Part shown: one piece after another, positions 52,401 to 60,698 of the stretch | Layout of the letters: each line of letters starts with the position of its first letter | Numbering within the stretch: position 1 is the stretch's first letter | Source of the DNA: Octopus bimaculoides | Lineage: Eukaryota | Direction of reading: 5' to 3' | NCBI RefSeq assembly: GCF_001194135.2 | Contig: NC_068991.1 | Span: 43,725,199-43,789,198, forward strand | Length of the DNA: 64,000 nucleotides | The notes under the pieces: model-generated | What the model saw: the letters and a program-made list of their open reading frames with translations, nothing else | What the model was told of the DNA's origin: nothing | Databases searched by the model: none | Translations under genes and position numbers: made by a program

Positions 52401-52726
52401 TATAGTTGTCTCTGTGTCTCATCGTGGCTGGTCAAAGAAGAATCGAGGCGATTTCTCAGAGAAATGTATGTTTGAGTAAGTTCTGGGAGAAGGTTTCTTC
52501 TGATCGGGCCATCAGAAAAGTTGGGTTTCTGGTTCAGACATACTACAGCTGGTGAAGTGGGTGATGTCTTAGCACCAGACGAAACAGGAGCCTGTACACT
52601 ATTATATTTGCGATACCGCTTTGGAGTGGGTCTGTTTGGAGCTTGATCATAGAAGAAAATCTGTGATTGCATTTTTCATAGTTGTAAGAAGTGGTCATTT
52701 TTGTCAGGTCATTCAGTCAAGCCATT
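3137..52726 (-). CDS. C3orf20: Multi-exon host gene: C3orf20/ERICH6-like FAM194-domain protein (about 750 aa; 12 coding exons found, at least one missing)
   Basis: Hand-spliced exons give [19 protein letters not shown]...[44 protein letters not shown]...[19 protein letters not shown], matching my recollection of the FAM194 domain (C3orf20 YDGSSFVYYPSGNVAV...LLALFNTEGQG). The N-terminal [19 protein letters not shown] resembles C3orf20 VPKGIRNIFEFTWEELIS. Family assignment is from memory, not a database search. Confidence 0.75.
3530..3768 (+). mobile_element. Degenerate RTE reverse-transcriptase fragment
   Basis: Translates to [27 protein letters not shown] and [12 protein letters not shown] with frameshifts. 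Confidence 0.7.
3769..4515 (-). mobile_element. 5'-truncated irritans-like mariner
   Basis: TA followed by TIR tgagggttggctgaaaagttcataggctg at 3769. Minus-strand [13 protein letters not shown] transposase fragments. Same family as 15868-17143. Confidence 0.85.
8528..8678 (-). CDS. Host exon ([12 protein letters not shown]...ALENVS; phase 1 to 2)
   Basis: atctatttcag acceptor, AA|gtaagt donor, 151 nt. Confidence 0.8.
9292..10447 (+). mobile_element. Ty3/Gypsy retrotransposon: RNase H end and decayed integrase
   Basis: HH...C-C zinc finger (HHMGVDRT...CNKCQ), core LAVDMTHY / LLMDNGTVF / [12 protein letters not shown]. Polypurine tract ggttgaggagaggg ends at 10447. The 5' part is lost in an N-gap. 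Confidence 0.9.
10448..10763 (+). mobile_element. 3' LTR of the Gypsy element (316 bp)
   Basis: Starts TG directly after the PPT, ends CA (ctgaca), AATAAA at 10609-10614. Confidence 0.7.
11679..11911 (-). CDS. Host exon ([15 protein letters not shown]...ISSVP; phase 2 to 1)
   Basis: ctttctatctcag acceptor, G|gtgggt donor, 233 nt. The AG|G join gives R. Confidence 0.85.
12178..12392 (-). mobile_element. tRNA-derived SINE family A
   Basis: Reverse complement of ggcggcgagctggcagaa...ctgagttcaaat...cctttcatcctttcggggtcgataaaataagtaccag...aaatttgaaacc. Other copies: 14108-14325 (+), 14937-15148 (-), 15166-15365 (-), 21515-21717 (+), 23328-23540 (+), 23815-23995 (-). Confidence 0.8.
12490..13200 (+). 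mobile_element. Penelope-like element fragment (GIY-YIG endonuclease C-terminus and downstream sequence)
   Basis: [13 protein letters not shown]...[47 protein letters not shown] matches the PLE GIY-YIG C-terminal pattern. Contains stops. Confidence 0.8.
13390..13478 (-). CDS. Host exon ([29 protein letters not shown]; phase 0 to 2)
   Basis: cattttacag acceptor, AG|gtacga donor, 89 nt. Confidence 0.85.
13888..13992 (-). CDS. Host exon ([35 protein letters not shown]; phase 0 to 0)
   Basis: cttttgttttctag acceptor, AAG|gtaggt donor, 105 nt. Confidence 0.85.
15868..17143 (+). mobile_element. Full-length but inactive irritans-like mariner (1276 bp)
   Basis: TA TSD at 15866-67 and 17144-45. TIRs of about 29 bp share gctgaaaagttcataggctg. 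Transposase motifs *VPCLL (WVP), [16 protein letters not shown] are broken by stops and frameshifts. Confidence 0.92.
17166..17385. mobile_element. piggyBac-type MITE (220 bp)
   Basis: TTAA at 17162-65 and 17386-89. Terminal IRs cccttttgttacca / tggtatcaaaaagg match at 12 of 14 positions. Confidence 0.8.
17605..18002 (-). mobile_element. tRNA-derived SINE family B with internal 57-bp tandem duplication
   Basis: Head ggc..gtggctgtgtggt...ggttcagtcccactg, CORE-like cttgggcaagtgtctt, internal (CA)n. Other copies: about 37085-37525 (-), 39030-39475 (-), 45405-45775 (-), 32535-32690 (+), 59895-60275 (+), 62262-63410 (+). Confidence 0.8.
18175..18351 (-). CDS. Host exon ([15 protein letters not shown]...PCQQTM; phase 0 to 0)
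   Basis: tttcctttcag acceptor, ATG|gtaatc donor, 177 nt. Confidence 0.85.
18760..18865 (-). CDS. Host exon ([35 protein letters not shown]; phase 2 to 0)
   Basis: gttattttag acceptor, AAG|gtaaga donor, 106 nt. Confidence 0.85.
19916..20074 (-). CDS. Host exon, FAM194 core ([11 protein letters not shown]...YKNGNL; phase 2 to 2)
   Basis: ctaactcttag acceptor, AG|gtaagc donor, 159 nt. The TA|T TAC join gives YY. Confidence 0.85.
22400..22500. repeat. (CT)n/(CTTT)n polypyrimidine microsatellite, representative of dozens of (AT)n, (CA)n, (GA)n and (ACAT)n tracts
   Basis: Direct reading. Most assembly gaps abut such tracts. Confidence 0.9.
22983..23231 (-). CDS. Host exon ([14 protein letters not shown]...TDDGTSVI; phase 2 to 2)
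   Basis: ctcaacag acceptor, TA|gtatcc donor, 249 nt open. Begins the FAM194-like DGTSVIYY motif. Confidence 0.8.
24440..26190 (+). mobile_element. 5'-truncated R2-group (Hero-like) RLE non-LTR retrotransposon, decayed
   Basis: [42 protein letters not shown], zinc-knuckle remnant CK...HDKVL, and RLE-like ..IIIELT..GCDQA..LKHIK. Many stops and frameshifts. Confidence 0.8.
26200..26384 (+). mobile_element. Helitron 5' end (internally deleted), same family as 33214
   Basis: A|TCTATATATATAAAG start. Shares gaatccctaaaactcgagaactac...cacatgccttact and cactattt.agtatta.gtgtc.aaagtgaaacaa with the 33214 copy. Confidence 0.75.
26493..26708 (+). CDS. SAP-domain ORF N-terminus (runs into an N-gap), probably transposon-borne
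   Basis: [28 protein letters not shown] fits the SAP helix-extension-helix pattern (LTVxELKxxLxxxGLxxxGxKAxLxxRL). ATG start, no stop before the gap. Confidence 0.75.
29282..29375 (-). CDS. Host exon ([31 protein letters not shown]; phase 1 to 2)
   Basis: tttatatgttatag acceptor, AT|gtacgt donor, 94 nt. AT|G joins the next exon as MRHPSFKP. Confidence 0.75.
30990..31640 (-). mobile_element. hAT (Charlie/Buster-like) transposase C-terminal remnant with duplicated 3' end
   Basis: [51 protein letters not shown] dimerisation domain. The KKQCQ(I/V)SH-coding end and 3' flank are repeated near 31000-31160. Confidence 0.85.
33214..34677 (+). mobile_element. Helitron with both termini and PIF1-like helicase C-terminus (middle in N-gap)
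   Basis: A|TC start at 33214. [54 protein letters not shown] at 34303-34467. Hairpin cccgg-gcaacg-ccggg at 34650-34665 and CTAG|T at 34674-34678. Confidence 0.92.
34690..35420 (+). mobile_element. RTE LINE RT fragment with internal Cys-rich finger
   Basis: [59 protein letters not shown]. Decayed. Confidence 0.85.
36348..36625 (+). mobile_element. tRNA-derived SINE family C
   Basis: gtgtggcctaatggttagggtgttgcactc head, cttgagcaaaacacttcatttcac, cactcagctgtaaatg. Other copies near 58475-58765 (+), 54715-54850 (+, partial) and 32780-32940 (-). Confidence 0.7.
36895..36950 (-). CDS. Host exon ([18 protein letters not shown]; phase 2 to 1)
   Basis: ttttttattcatcag acceptor, aaag|gtattt donor, only one open frame. 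Joins the 29375 exon to give KDKK-G-YAVV. The upstream partner exon was not found. Confidence 0.55.
38108..38320 (+). mobile_element. Young CpG-rich insertion into a (CA)n tract, probable Penelope pLTR fragment
   Basis: Flanked on both sides by (CA)n and contains a hammerhead-like fold. PLE assignment is inferred from the ribozyme motif. Confidence 0.5.
38175..38211 (+). ncRNA. Minimal type I hammerhead-like ribozyme with A6U core variant
   Basis: UCUUU-CUGUUGA-A-GAGC(GUA)GCUC-GAAAC-GUC-AAAGA: perfect 5-bp stem I, 4-bp stem II, palindromic ACGU stem III, GUC cleavage triplet. Confidence 0.6.
40940..43307 (+). mobile_element. RTE (BovB/RTE-1-like) LINE, 5'UTR to 3' end, RT largely deleted
   Basis: [48 protein letters not shown] (APE). 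C-terminal [15 protein letters not shown]-like segment. The 3' end runs into (AT)n. Confidence 0.85.
45140..45355. repeat. (CATTCATACACACA[CA])n minisatellite
   Basis: Direct reading: about 14 units of 14-16 bp. Confidence 0.9.
46440..49400 (-). mobile_element. Near full-length decayed RTE LINE (APE and RT)
   Basis: GAWNI.., [18 protein letters not shown] (APE). [30 protein letters not shown] (RT). Numerous frameshifts. Confidence 0.9.
49520..51130 (-). mobile_element. Internally deleted RTE LINE (5'UTR and APE joined to the 3' tail)
   Basis: [50 protein letters not shown]. The RTE tail at 49520-49650 matches the tail at 1-285. Confidence 0.85.
50701..50800. repeat. 15-bp tandem repeat (tcagtgtgctgacgt) x6 plus partial, in frame in the APE ORF
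   Basis: Units start at 50701, 50716, 50731, 50746, 50761, 50776, with a partial at 50791. Minus-strand translation is (TLNVS)n. Confidence 0.9.
51973..52672 (-). CDS. Host gene first coding exon (MQSQIFF...AGSKTG, ends phase 1)
   Basis: Long non-repetitive ORF. Acceptor ttttgttttacacctag at 52727-52728 precedes 54 nt of 5'UTR. Donor G|GTATTC at 51972. Confidence 0.85.
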
Positions 52727-53537
52727 CTAGGTGTAAAACAAAAAGGAAAATACAAAAAAAAATAATATATATATAGATTTTATTAAGCAGCAATGCAAGT
52801 ATATACACTCACATTTGTACATATTAACATATATAGTCACAGGAGCTTATGTATAAAACATATGCTTAATTCTTCATAAGCACAGGTATACATATAAACA
52901 TAAATACATTTATACACATATACACAGACTCCTTTGTGCACACATACACATAATTAATTTTCATATAGACAAAGTCAAATCATAATAATGAAGAAACCCT
53001 CTCTCATTTATGCAATGATGTTTGGAGCTTTAGGTAAGAGCTGAGAATCCAGAAACAGAACACAAATTCATCTCATATANNNNNNNNNNNNNNNNNNNNN
53101 NNNNNNNNNNNNNNNNNNNNNNNNNNNNNNNNNNNNNNNNNNNNNNNNNNNNNNNNNNNNNNNNNNNNNNNNNNNNNNNNNNNNNNNNNNNNNNNNNNNN
53201 NNNNNNNNNNNNNNNNNNNNNNNNNNNNNNNNNNNNNNNNNNNNNNNNNNNNNNNNNNNNNNNNNNNNNNNNNNNNNNNNNNNNNNNNNNNNNNNNNNNN
53301 NNNNNNNNNNNNNNNNNNNNNNNNNNNNNNNNNNNNNNNNNNNNNNNNNNNNNNNNNNNNNNNNNNNNNNNNNNNNNNNNNNNNNNNNNNNNNNNNNNNN
53401 NNNNNNNNNNNNNNNNNNNNNNNNNNNNNNNNNNNNNNNNNNNNNNNNNNNNNNNNNNNNNNNNNNNNNNNNNNNNNNNNNNNNNNNNNNNNNNNNNNNN
53501 NNNNNNNNNNNNNNNNNNNNNNNNNNNNNNNTTGCAC

Positions 53538-53575
<38 letters not shown>

Positions 53576-55380
53576 GTGCAAGATTTCTGCTAATCTTTGA
53601 AAGATCATGGTGCTCTAACAATAAAATTCTAGCATAAAAATCTCTAAAGCATTTATGAAATGAATAGAAATTAGACCTCTTCTGATCTTGTATGTAGTTT
53701 GAGAGAGGATAGAATTAAAACAGAATATAACAAATCTTAGTTTACACCATAAATCATGGTAAAATTTTCATAAATGTATTTGTGAAAATGTACATAAATA
53801 TATTGAATAGATAATATGTATTGTAGAAATAGCATTATGGCAAACATACATATGTATTGGCTTGCTTTATAAAGTTAGCTGGAAAATGTCTACAAGCAGA
53901 TAATTGACAGCAGTGCTATTGATGTAGATAACATGTTTTGAAGTTGGTAGACACCTTACTAAGAAGATTCCTCACAAAACTTAACATCTATTGTGATTTA
54001 AGATAACTGAAAGAGAACAATTCTGCTCTGTATTATTACTTTCTGGGAAAGTTAGTTGTTAGTTTTTACTGATGTCAAACGAATTGAGCCAGAGTTGGTC
54101 AAGTGTCCATTTTAGATACTTGAGAATATTAACTCTGACTGGCTAAAATAACAAACATGGCAAAACAGTGAAACATTAAATGGAGTTCCTACATTTCTGT
54201 TTTTGACTATCACTCATTGTCAACAACCACAGAACAGATGACATCTGTGTCTAAGTCTTGAGCAAGAAATGTATCAAAAGTATTTGTATCTATTCCTGAA
54301 ATTGTAATTTAAATGTAATATGTTTGTCCAATTCCAATGTTTTTAAAGCTGCACATAGTCTTCAGTTATATATCTTGGCAAGACCAGTAGATTTCCTGAT
54401 GGGAGGATGATTCTTGATAATCAGTTTTATTCATTCAGTTGTAGTAGACTATCAAATATCTAAAATATGTAACTGAAATTCATATGTAACTGAAATCCAA
54501 GCTCTACCTACAGGAGATAGTAGCCAAATCACCCTCAAATCTTAAATTGATAAAAGGAAGGAATTATTGGATAATGTAATCCTAGATACTCATTGTCTTG
54601 CTAAGTCTGCTTGATTACAACTGACCTGATGCTAAACAACAGCAACGATATATTTATACCTATACTATATATAGGTATAAATTTATTTATACCTATACTA
54701 TATTAAACCATGTGAAAGTGCATGGCCTAGTGGTCTGGATGTTGCACTCACAATCACAAAATCATGGTTTCAATTCCCAGACTGGTTATGCTAACATCAA
54801 ATGCTGATGGTTACTGTCATTCTTGACTGCAACAACATCTCATACAAATTTTGAACTAACTTAGAGTAAACATCTTTTCTTTGACATTGGTAGTAATGAC
54901 AATACACAGCTTGTTAACAATAGAAATAAATATTTTTGTATTTAAAATCTCAAAAGAATTTGTGTTCTTTTCATCCCTTCAACTCATCCAATTCATCATA
55001 CTGACACACATACAAAAACATTCTTATAACAAACTTATTTTTCAGAATTTTGTAAATAATTGATAATAAACTGAGCAATAGTTTTCTAAGCACTCCATTA
55101 ATTTCTAAAGTTACCATGCAAAGTGCTCGAGTAATTTTTCATTTGATTTTCAGTGCATCATGAATATAAAAGGATTGACAAGCAGTGATTTACATATCCC
55201 CAATAGAATTTACAATATAAATATGATTGAACAATACAACTAAGCTGTCAATTGTCATTGGCTTCAAAGGGTTAACTTAATGATAATAAGGCTCAGTCAT
55301 TAAACTGCTGCTGGCAGTTGTAGTCTGTAAAAGAGTTAATGTATTGTTAACTGGATTATATTCAAATTAGTCAATATGTT

Positions 55381-55565
55381 ACAGTTCTATATTTAAGAGA
55401 TGAGGAATTATGTACATTATTTACATTTATTTACATTCGACGGATATTTGTCTTCATCTTGATTGTTGATAACACAACGTTTCAGCTGATACACCCTCCA
55501 CAGCCTTCATCAGGTGTCTTGGGGAAATTTCGAACCTGGGTTCTTATCCCTAAGGTATTTTTTGA

Positions 55566-55615
<50 letters not shown>

Positions 55616-55694
55616 TGGTCATTGCCTGGAATCGAACTTGGAATCTTGGGGTTTGTAGCCCACGCTCTTAACCACTATGCCATATACCCATGGG
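55381..55694 (-). mobile_element. tRNA-headed SINE with (AAT)n linker and hammerhead domain (left arm, complete)
   Basis: Minus strand reads tggcatagtgg (A box)...gttcgattcc (B box)-aggcaatgaccag-(aat)n-body with hammerhead-tail ctcttaaatatagaactgt. Confidence 0.8.
55471..55518 (-). ncRNA. Minimal type I hammerhead ribozyme
   Basis: GACAC-CUGAUGA-A-GGCUG(12 nt)CAGCU-GAAAC-GUU-GUGUU: intact core, 5-bp stems I and II (each with one G-U pair), palindromic AACGUU stem III. Confidence 0.8.
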
Positions 55695-57632
55695 CCCATG
55701 GGCATGAGGCGTAGTGGTTAAGAGCGCGGGCTATTAACTCCAAATTCCGAGTTCGATTCCAGGCAAAAGAGGGACTTGTGAAAACGAAAGCCATCCCTAT
55801 TAGAAGAGGAATATTCCAGGGAGACACGCTCTCTCCACTCCTGTTCTGCCTGGCACTCACACCTTTAACTGAATTGCTAAATAGAACTGGATGCGGTTAC
55901 AAATGCTACGGAAAAACAGTCAGCCACCTTCTATATATGGATGACCTAAAATTATATGCTAAAAATGACAGAGAGCTAGAAATATTACTATAGACAGTAC
56001 ACGGCTTTACCAAGGAAATAGATATGAAATTCGGATTAGAAAAATGTGCCAAAGCAACCCCGAAAAGAGGAAAATTAGTTAAAAGTAGCAATATAACACT
56101 AGATAAAGCCAATGAAATAAGAGAACTAGACGAAAGCCAACCATACAAGTATTTAGGAGTCAATGAACTAGATAGGATACAACATACACAAATGAAAGAA
56201 AAAATAAAGAAAGAGTACTATAGACGAGTTAGATCAATACTAAAAACAGAGCTCAATGCTAAAAACAAGATAATGGGTATCAACACTTTAGCTGTCCCAG
56301 TTATAAGCNNNNNNNNNNNNNNNNNNNNNNNNNNNNNNNNNNNNNNNNNNNNNNNNNNNNNNNNNNNNNNNNNNNNNNNNNNNNNNNNNNNNNNNNNNNN
56401 NNNNNNNNNNNNNNNNNNNNNNNNNNNNNNNNNNNNNNNNNNNNNNNNNNNNNNNNNNNNNNNNNNNNNNNNNNNNNNNNNNNNNNNNNNNNNNNNNNNN
56501 NNNNNNNNNNNNNNNNNNNNNNNNNNNNNNNNNNNNNNNNNNNNNNNNNNNNNNNNNNNNNNNNNNNNNNNNNNNNNNNNNNNNNNNNNNNNNNNNNNNN
56601 NNNNNNNNNNNNNNNNNNNNNNNNNNNNNNNNNNNNNNNNNNNNNNNNNNNNNNNNNNNNNNNNNNNNNNNNNNNNNNNNNNNNNNNNNNNNNNNNNNNN
56701 NNNNNNNNNNNNNNNNNNNNNNNNNNNNNNNNNNNNNNNNNNNNNNNNNNNNNNNNNNNNNNNNNNNNNNNNNNNNNNNNNNNNNNNNNNNNNNNNNNNN
56801 NNNNNNNNNNNNNNNNNNNNNNNNNNNNNNNNNNNNNNNNNNNNNNNNNNNNNNNNNNNNNNNNNNNNNNNNNNNNNNNNNNNNNNNNNNNNNNNNNNNN
56901 NNNNNNNNNNNNNNNNNNNNNNNNNNNNNNNNNNNNNNNNNNNNNNNNNNNNNNNNNNNNNNNNNNNNNNNNNNNNNNNNNNNNNNNNNNNNNNNNNNNN
57001 NNNNNNNNNNNNNNNNNNNNNNNNNNNNNNNNNNNNNNNNNNNNNNNNNNNNNNNNNNNNNNNNNNNNNNNNNNNNNNNNNNNNNNNNNNNNNNNNNNNN
57101 NNNNNNNNNNNNNNNNNNNNNNNNNNNNNNNNNNNNNNNNNNNNNNNNNNNNNNNNNNNNNNNNNNNNNNNNNNNNNNNNNNNNNNNNNNNNNNNNNNNN
57201 NNNNNNNNNNNNNNNNNNNNNNNNNNNNNNNNNNNNNNNNNNNNNNNNNNNNNNNNNNNNNNNNNNNNNNNNNNNNNNNNNNNNNNNNNNNNNNNNNNNT
57301 TTCTCTAAAAGAAATGGAAAAACTTTCAAAATACAAAGACCTGGAAATAGAGATAACTTGAATGTGGGATCTAAAAACAGAAACAATTCCTATCATAGTA
57401 GGTGCCTTAGGTATAATAAAAAAATATTCAGACAAATACATAACAAAAACACCAGGACTTACAAATATATATAACATACAGAAAATTGCACTACTGGGTA
57501 CTGCACACATTCTACGCAAAACACTTTCAATACAGTAAACATAAGAGCACCACAGCAAACCACAGCACATACCCAAGGCGCACAGAGCTGCGCTCGGTAG
57601 TGAAGTGAAAGCACATTATAAAAATAAAACTA

Positions 57633-57677
<45 letters not shown>

Positions 57678-57824
57678 AACAACAACATCGAAAAATACCT
57701 TGGGAATGAGAACCCAGGTTCAAAATTTTCCCAAGGTTGGAGGGTGTATCAGCCGAAACGTTGTGTTAACAACAAACAGGATGAGGACAAATATCCGTCA
57801 AATGTAAATAATGTAAATAATGTA
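55695..57824 (+). mobile_element. Right arm of the same SINE (head 55695-55765, body about 57633-57824), split by a Dong-like insertion; ribozyme core deleted
   Basis: aggcgtagtgg A box, gttcgattcc B box at 55751-60. The body resumes after (AAT)n and aligns to the left arm. Confidence 0.8.
55766..57632 (+). mobile_element. 5'-truncated R4/Dong-like RLE non-LTR retrotransposon
   Basis: RRGIFQGDTLSPLLFC..SHLLYMDDLKLYAK..MKFGLEKC..YKYLG (RT) and EKLSKYKDLEIEI..IPIIVGALG..QKIALLGTAHILRK (RLE end). A short 3'UTR abuts (TAA)n. Confidence 0.9.
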
Positions 57825-58762
57825 GTCAATATGTTGTTGAAAGAAGACAAAAAAATTTACAATGAAAATTGATTTATATAGTTGTCATTTTGAATTGGGC
57901 ATAAACGTAACTCTCTCTTTCTTTCTCTCTCTCTCTCTCATCCACACAAAATCTCTCTCTCATACACACACAGTCATTACATCATGATTGTGTGTGTGCG
58001 CGCGCACGCGAGTGTGTGTGTGTGTGTGTGTGTGCACACATATATATATATATATATATAAAATATGATATAATATAATCTTATAATAATTCTGCTTGTT
58101 CCTCCATTACTTAGCCCATCTGTAAGTCTTCCACGTGATTAGTTGAGGGGAAAGGCGAAGAGTGAAAGAAAACGGAATGAGAAAAAGAGGGTAAAGCAAA
58201 GAGTGAGAGAGAAAGAGGAAGTCTATAAAATTGTACATAAAGTATATAAAGTGTATATATAAAGAACATTAAATAATCATTATATTTCAATTTCCTTCAC
58301 TTTTCAATGATTAGGAGATGAGCGACTAGATTTTGATACAGGCTCAACACAGGCTATGCTTTCAGGTTTTTGGGATAAAGTTTTCAGAAATAAACCATTA
58401 AGTTTATCATTAATTCTGTGAAAGATTCATGAGTCCCATTGGGATAATATAATATGATAATAATACACTAAAGTGTATGGCTTAGTGGTTAAGGTGTTGC
58501 ACTTATAATTGCAAAGTCATGGTTTCAATTCCCAGACTGGTGGTGCATTGTGTTCTCAAGCAAAACAGTTTATTTCACATTGCTCCAATCTACCCAGCTG
58601 TAAATGGATAACCCTGTGATGGTCTAACATTCTGTTCAGTGGGGAATGTTAGCCTGCTTGCCTAGCATGTGGGGTGACATCATTCGGAAGCTACAACAAT
58701 GTGGGGAAGCTTATTTTGCCCAGCAGTGTATAACAGCATCCAGTTGTCTGATCAATACAGGG

Positions 58763-58796
<34 letters not shown>

Positions 58797-60661
58797 NNNN
58801 NNNNNNTTTCATCGCTTTGAGACCGCGACCTGTTCACTAACAAAATTCCATGCTGCATCATTTTTTTTTAGTCAGTGAACAGGTCATGATCTCAAAGTGA
58901 CGAAAATATTTTGGCAAATTAAATTTAAATGTCGAAGTGAATCTAACGGTTTTTGTGTGTTTCTTAAATGGCTTATAAACACCTTCCATGCTGCAATATA
59001 TGTATATTTTGCTGTTGATGAAATTTTAACCATAGATTTTAAACACAAATGAAGTAATATTCGTAAAATTTCAACTTCTTAGGAGTTAGTAAAATCCCTT
59101 AATAGGCCTAACCTGGTCACCTGTATGGTGAGGAATCCTACATTGGGGACTTTTAATGACCGGGGTAGGGTAGCTGACTGCTTATTGTGATTATTTGTCT
59201 TTTGGTTTCATGTAGCTTTGCTCTCTTTTACAAACCCAATGAACTTTTGTATATTTCCAATTTCAAAGAAATTTGAACAATAGATATAAGACACAAGTTA
59301 AAAAAGATTCCCAACAATTCAACTTCTCTGGTTGACTTTAAGACCCCACCCCCAATAGGGGCCATAGCTCCCACATTTTAGAGCTCCCTGTGGTCCATTT
59401 TTCAGGAGCAAAAACCTTTGAATAGGTTTAATAAGATATGAACTTTGGAATCTGGGCATAAAGATGAGTAGTATGGGATAAATATGTCATGATTAGAATT
59501 TTTGTTAGGGTGTGTAAAGAGGGAAAGAACCATCATTAAAATTCTTAATCTTCAATCTTGATGATATTCAAATCATAGGTATTCCAGTTCATTAGAGAAA
59601 ATATAAAAGTAAAGTCTAATTCTTCAATTCCATGTGACAGGCAATGCTGGGTATCTCTGTTAGTATATATATANNNNNNNNNNNNNNNNNNNNNNNNNNN
59701 NNNNNNNNNNNNNNNNNNNNNNNNNNNNNNNNNNNNNNNNNNNNNNNNNNNNNNNNNNNNNNNNNNNNNNNNNNNNNNNNNNNNNNNNNNNNNNNNNNNN
59801 NNNNNNNNNNNNNNNNNNNNNNNNNNNNNNNNNNNNNNNNNNNNNNNNNNNNNNNNNNNNNNNNNNNNNNNNNNNNNNNNNNNNNNNNNNNNNNATATGC
59901 TGTGTGGTAAGAAGTTTGCTTTCCAAATACATGGTTCTGGGTTCAGTCCCACTGCATGCATCTTGAGCAAGTATCTTTTACTACAGCCTCAGGCCAACCA
60001 AAGCCTTGGGAGTGGATTTGGTAGACAAAAACTGAACGAAGCCCATCATATGCATATATCTATATATATCTATGTGTATGTGTCTGAATATCTGCGTTTT
60101 CCCCACCACTGCTTAATCACTGCTGTTGGTTTGTTTACATCCTCATAACCTAGCAGTTAGCAAAAGGAACTGATAAAATAAGTACCAGACTTAATGCAAA
60201 AGTACTGGAGTTGATTTGTTTGAGTAAGAACTCCTGAAGGTGGTGTCCCAGCATGGCAGCAGCCCAATGACTGCAAAAGATAAAAGACACACACACACAC
60301 GTGTACACACATACACACATAGTGCATAATGTAAAAGCAAAAAAATACTTAAAATGAACATTAAGAGAACAACTCAGAATGAACAAATTATGATGCTATT
60401 AGCTTAATGCTTGAAAGGAGGATGGAGTAGTTTGACGTTTTAGACGTTAATTGTTACAACATAATGAGAATTCACTAATATATATTATAGAAACCATTGT
60501 TACTTAAACCTTTGCCTGTTTAAAGCATTTCCATAAGTTTGTCCTAAACATCCACGCCTGTTTTCAGACATTTAGAGTATTGGAAATAAATGACACTACT
60601 AGAATGACAGTGACAACCATTTTGTTACAATCATGGAATGTCAAGGCAAGGAGACAAACAT

Positions 60662-60698
<37 letters not shown>

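Noticed and set aside
55620-55765. Two apparent tRNA genes
   Set aside because: A and B boxes are present but there is no proper acceptor stem or terminator, and they continue into SINE bodies.
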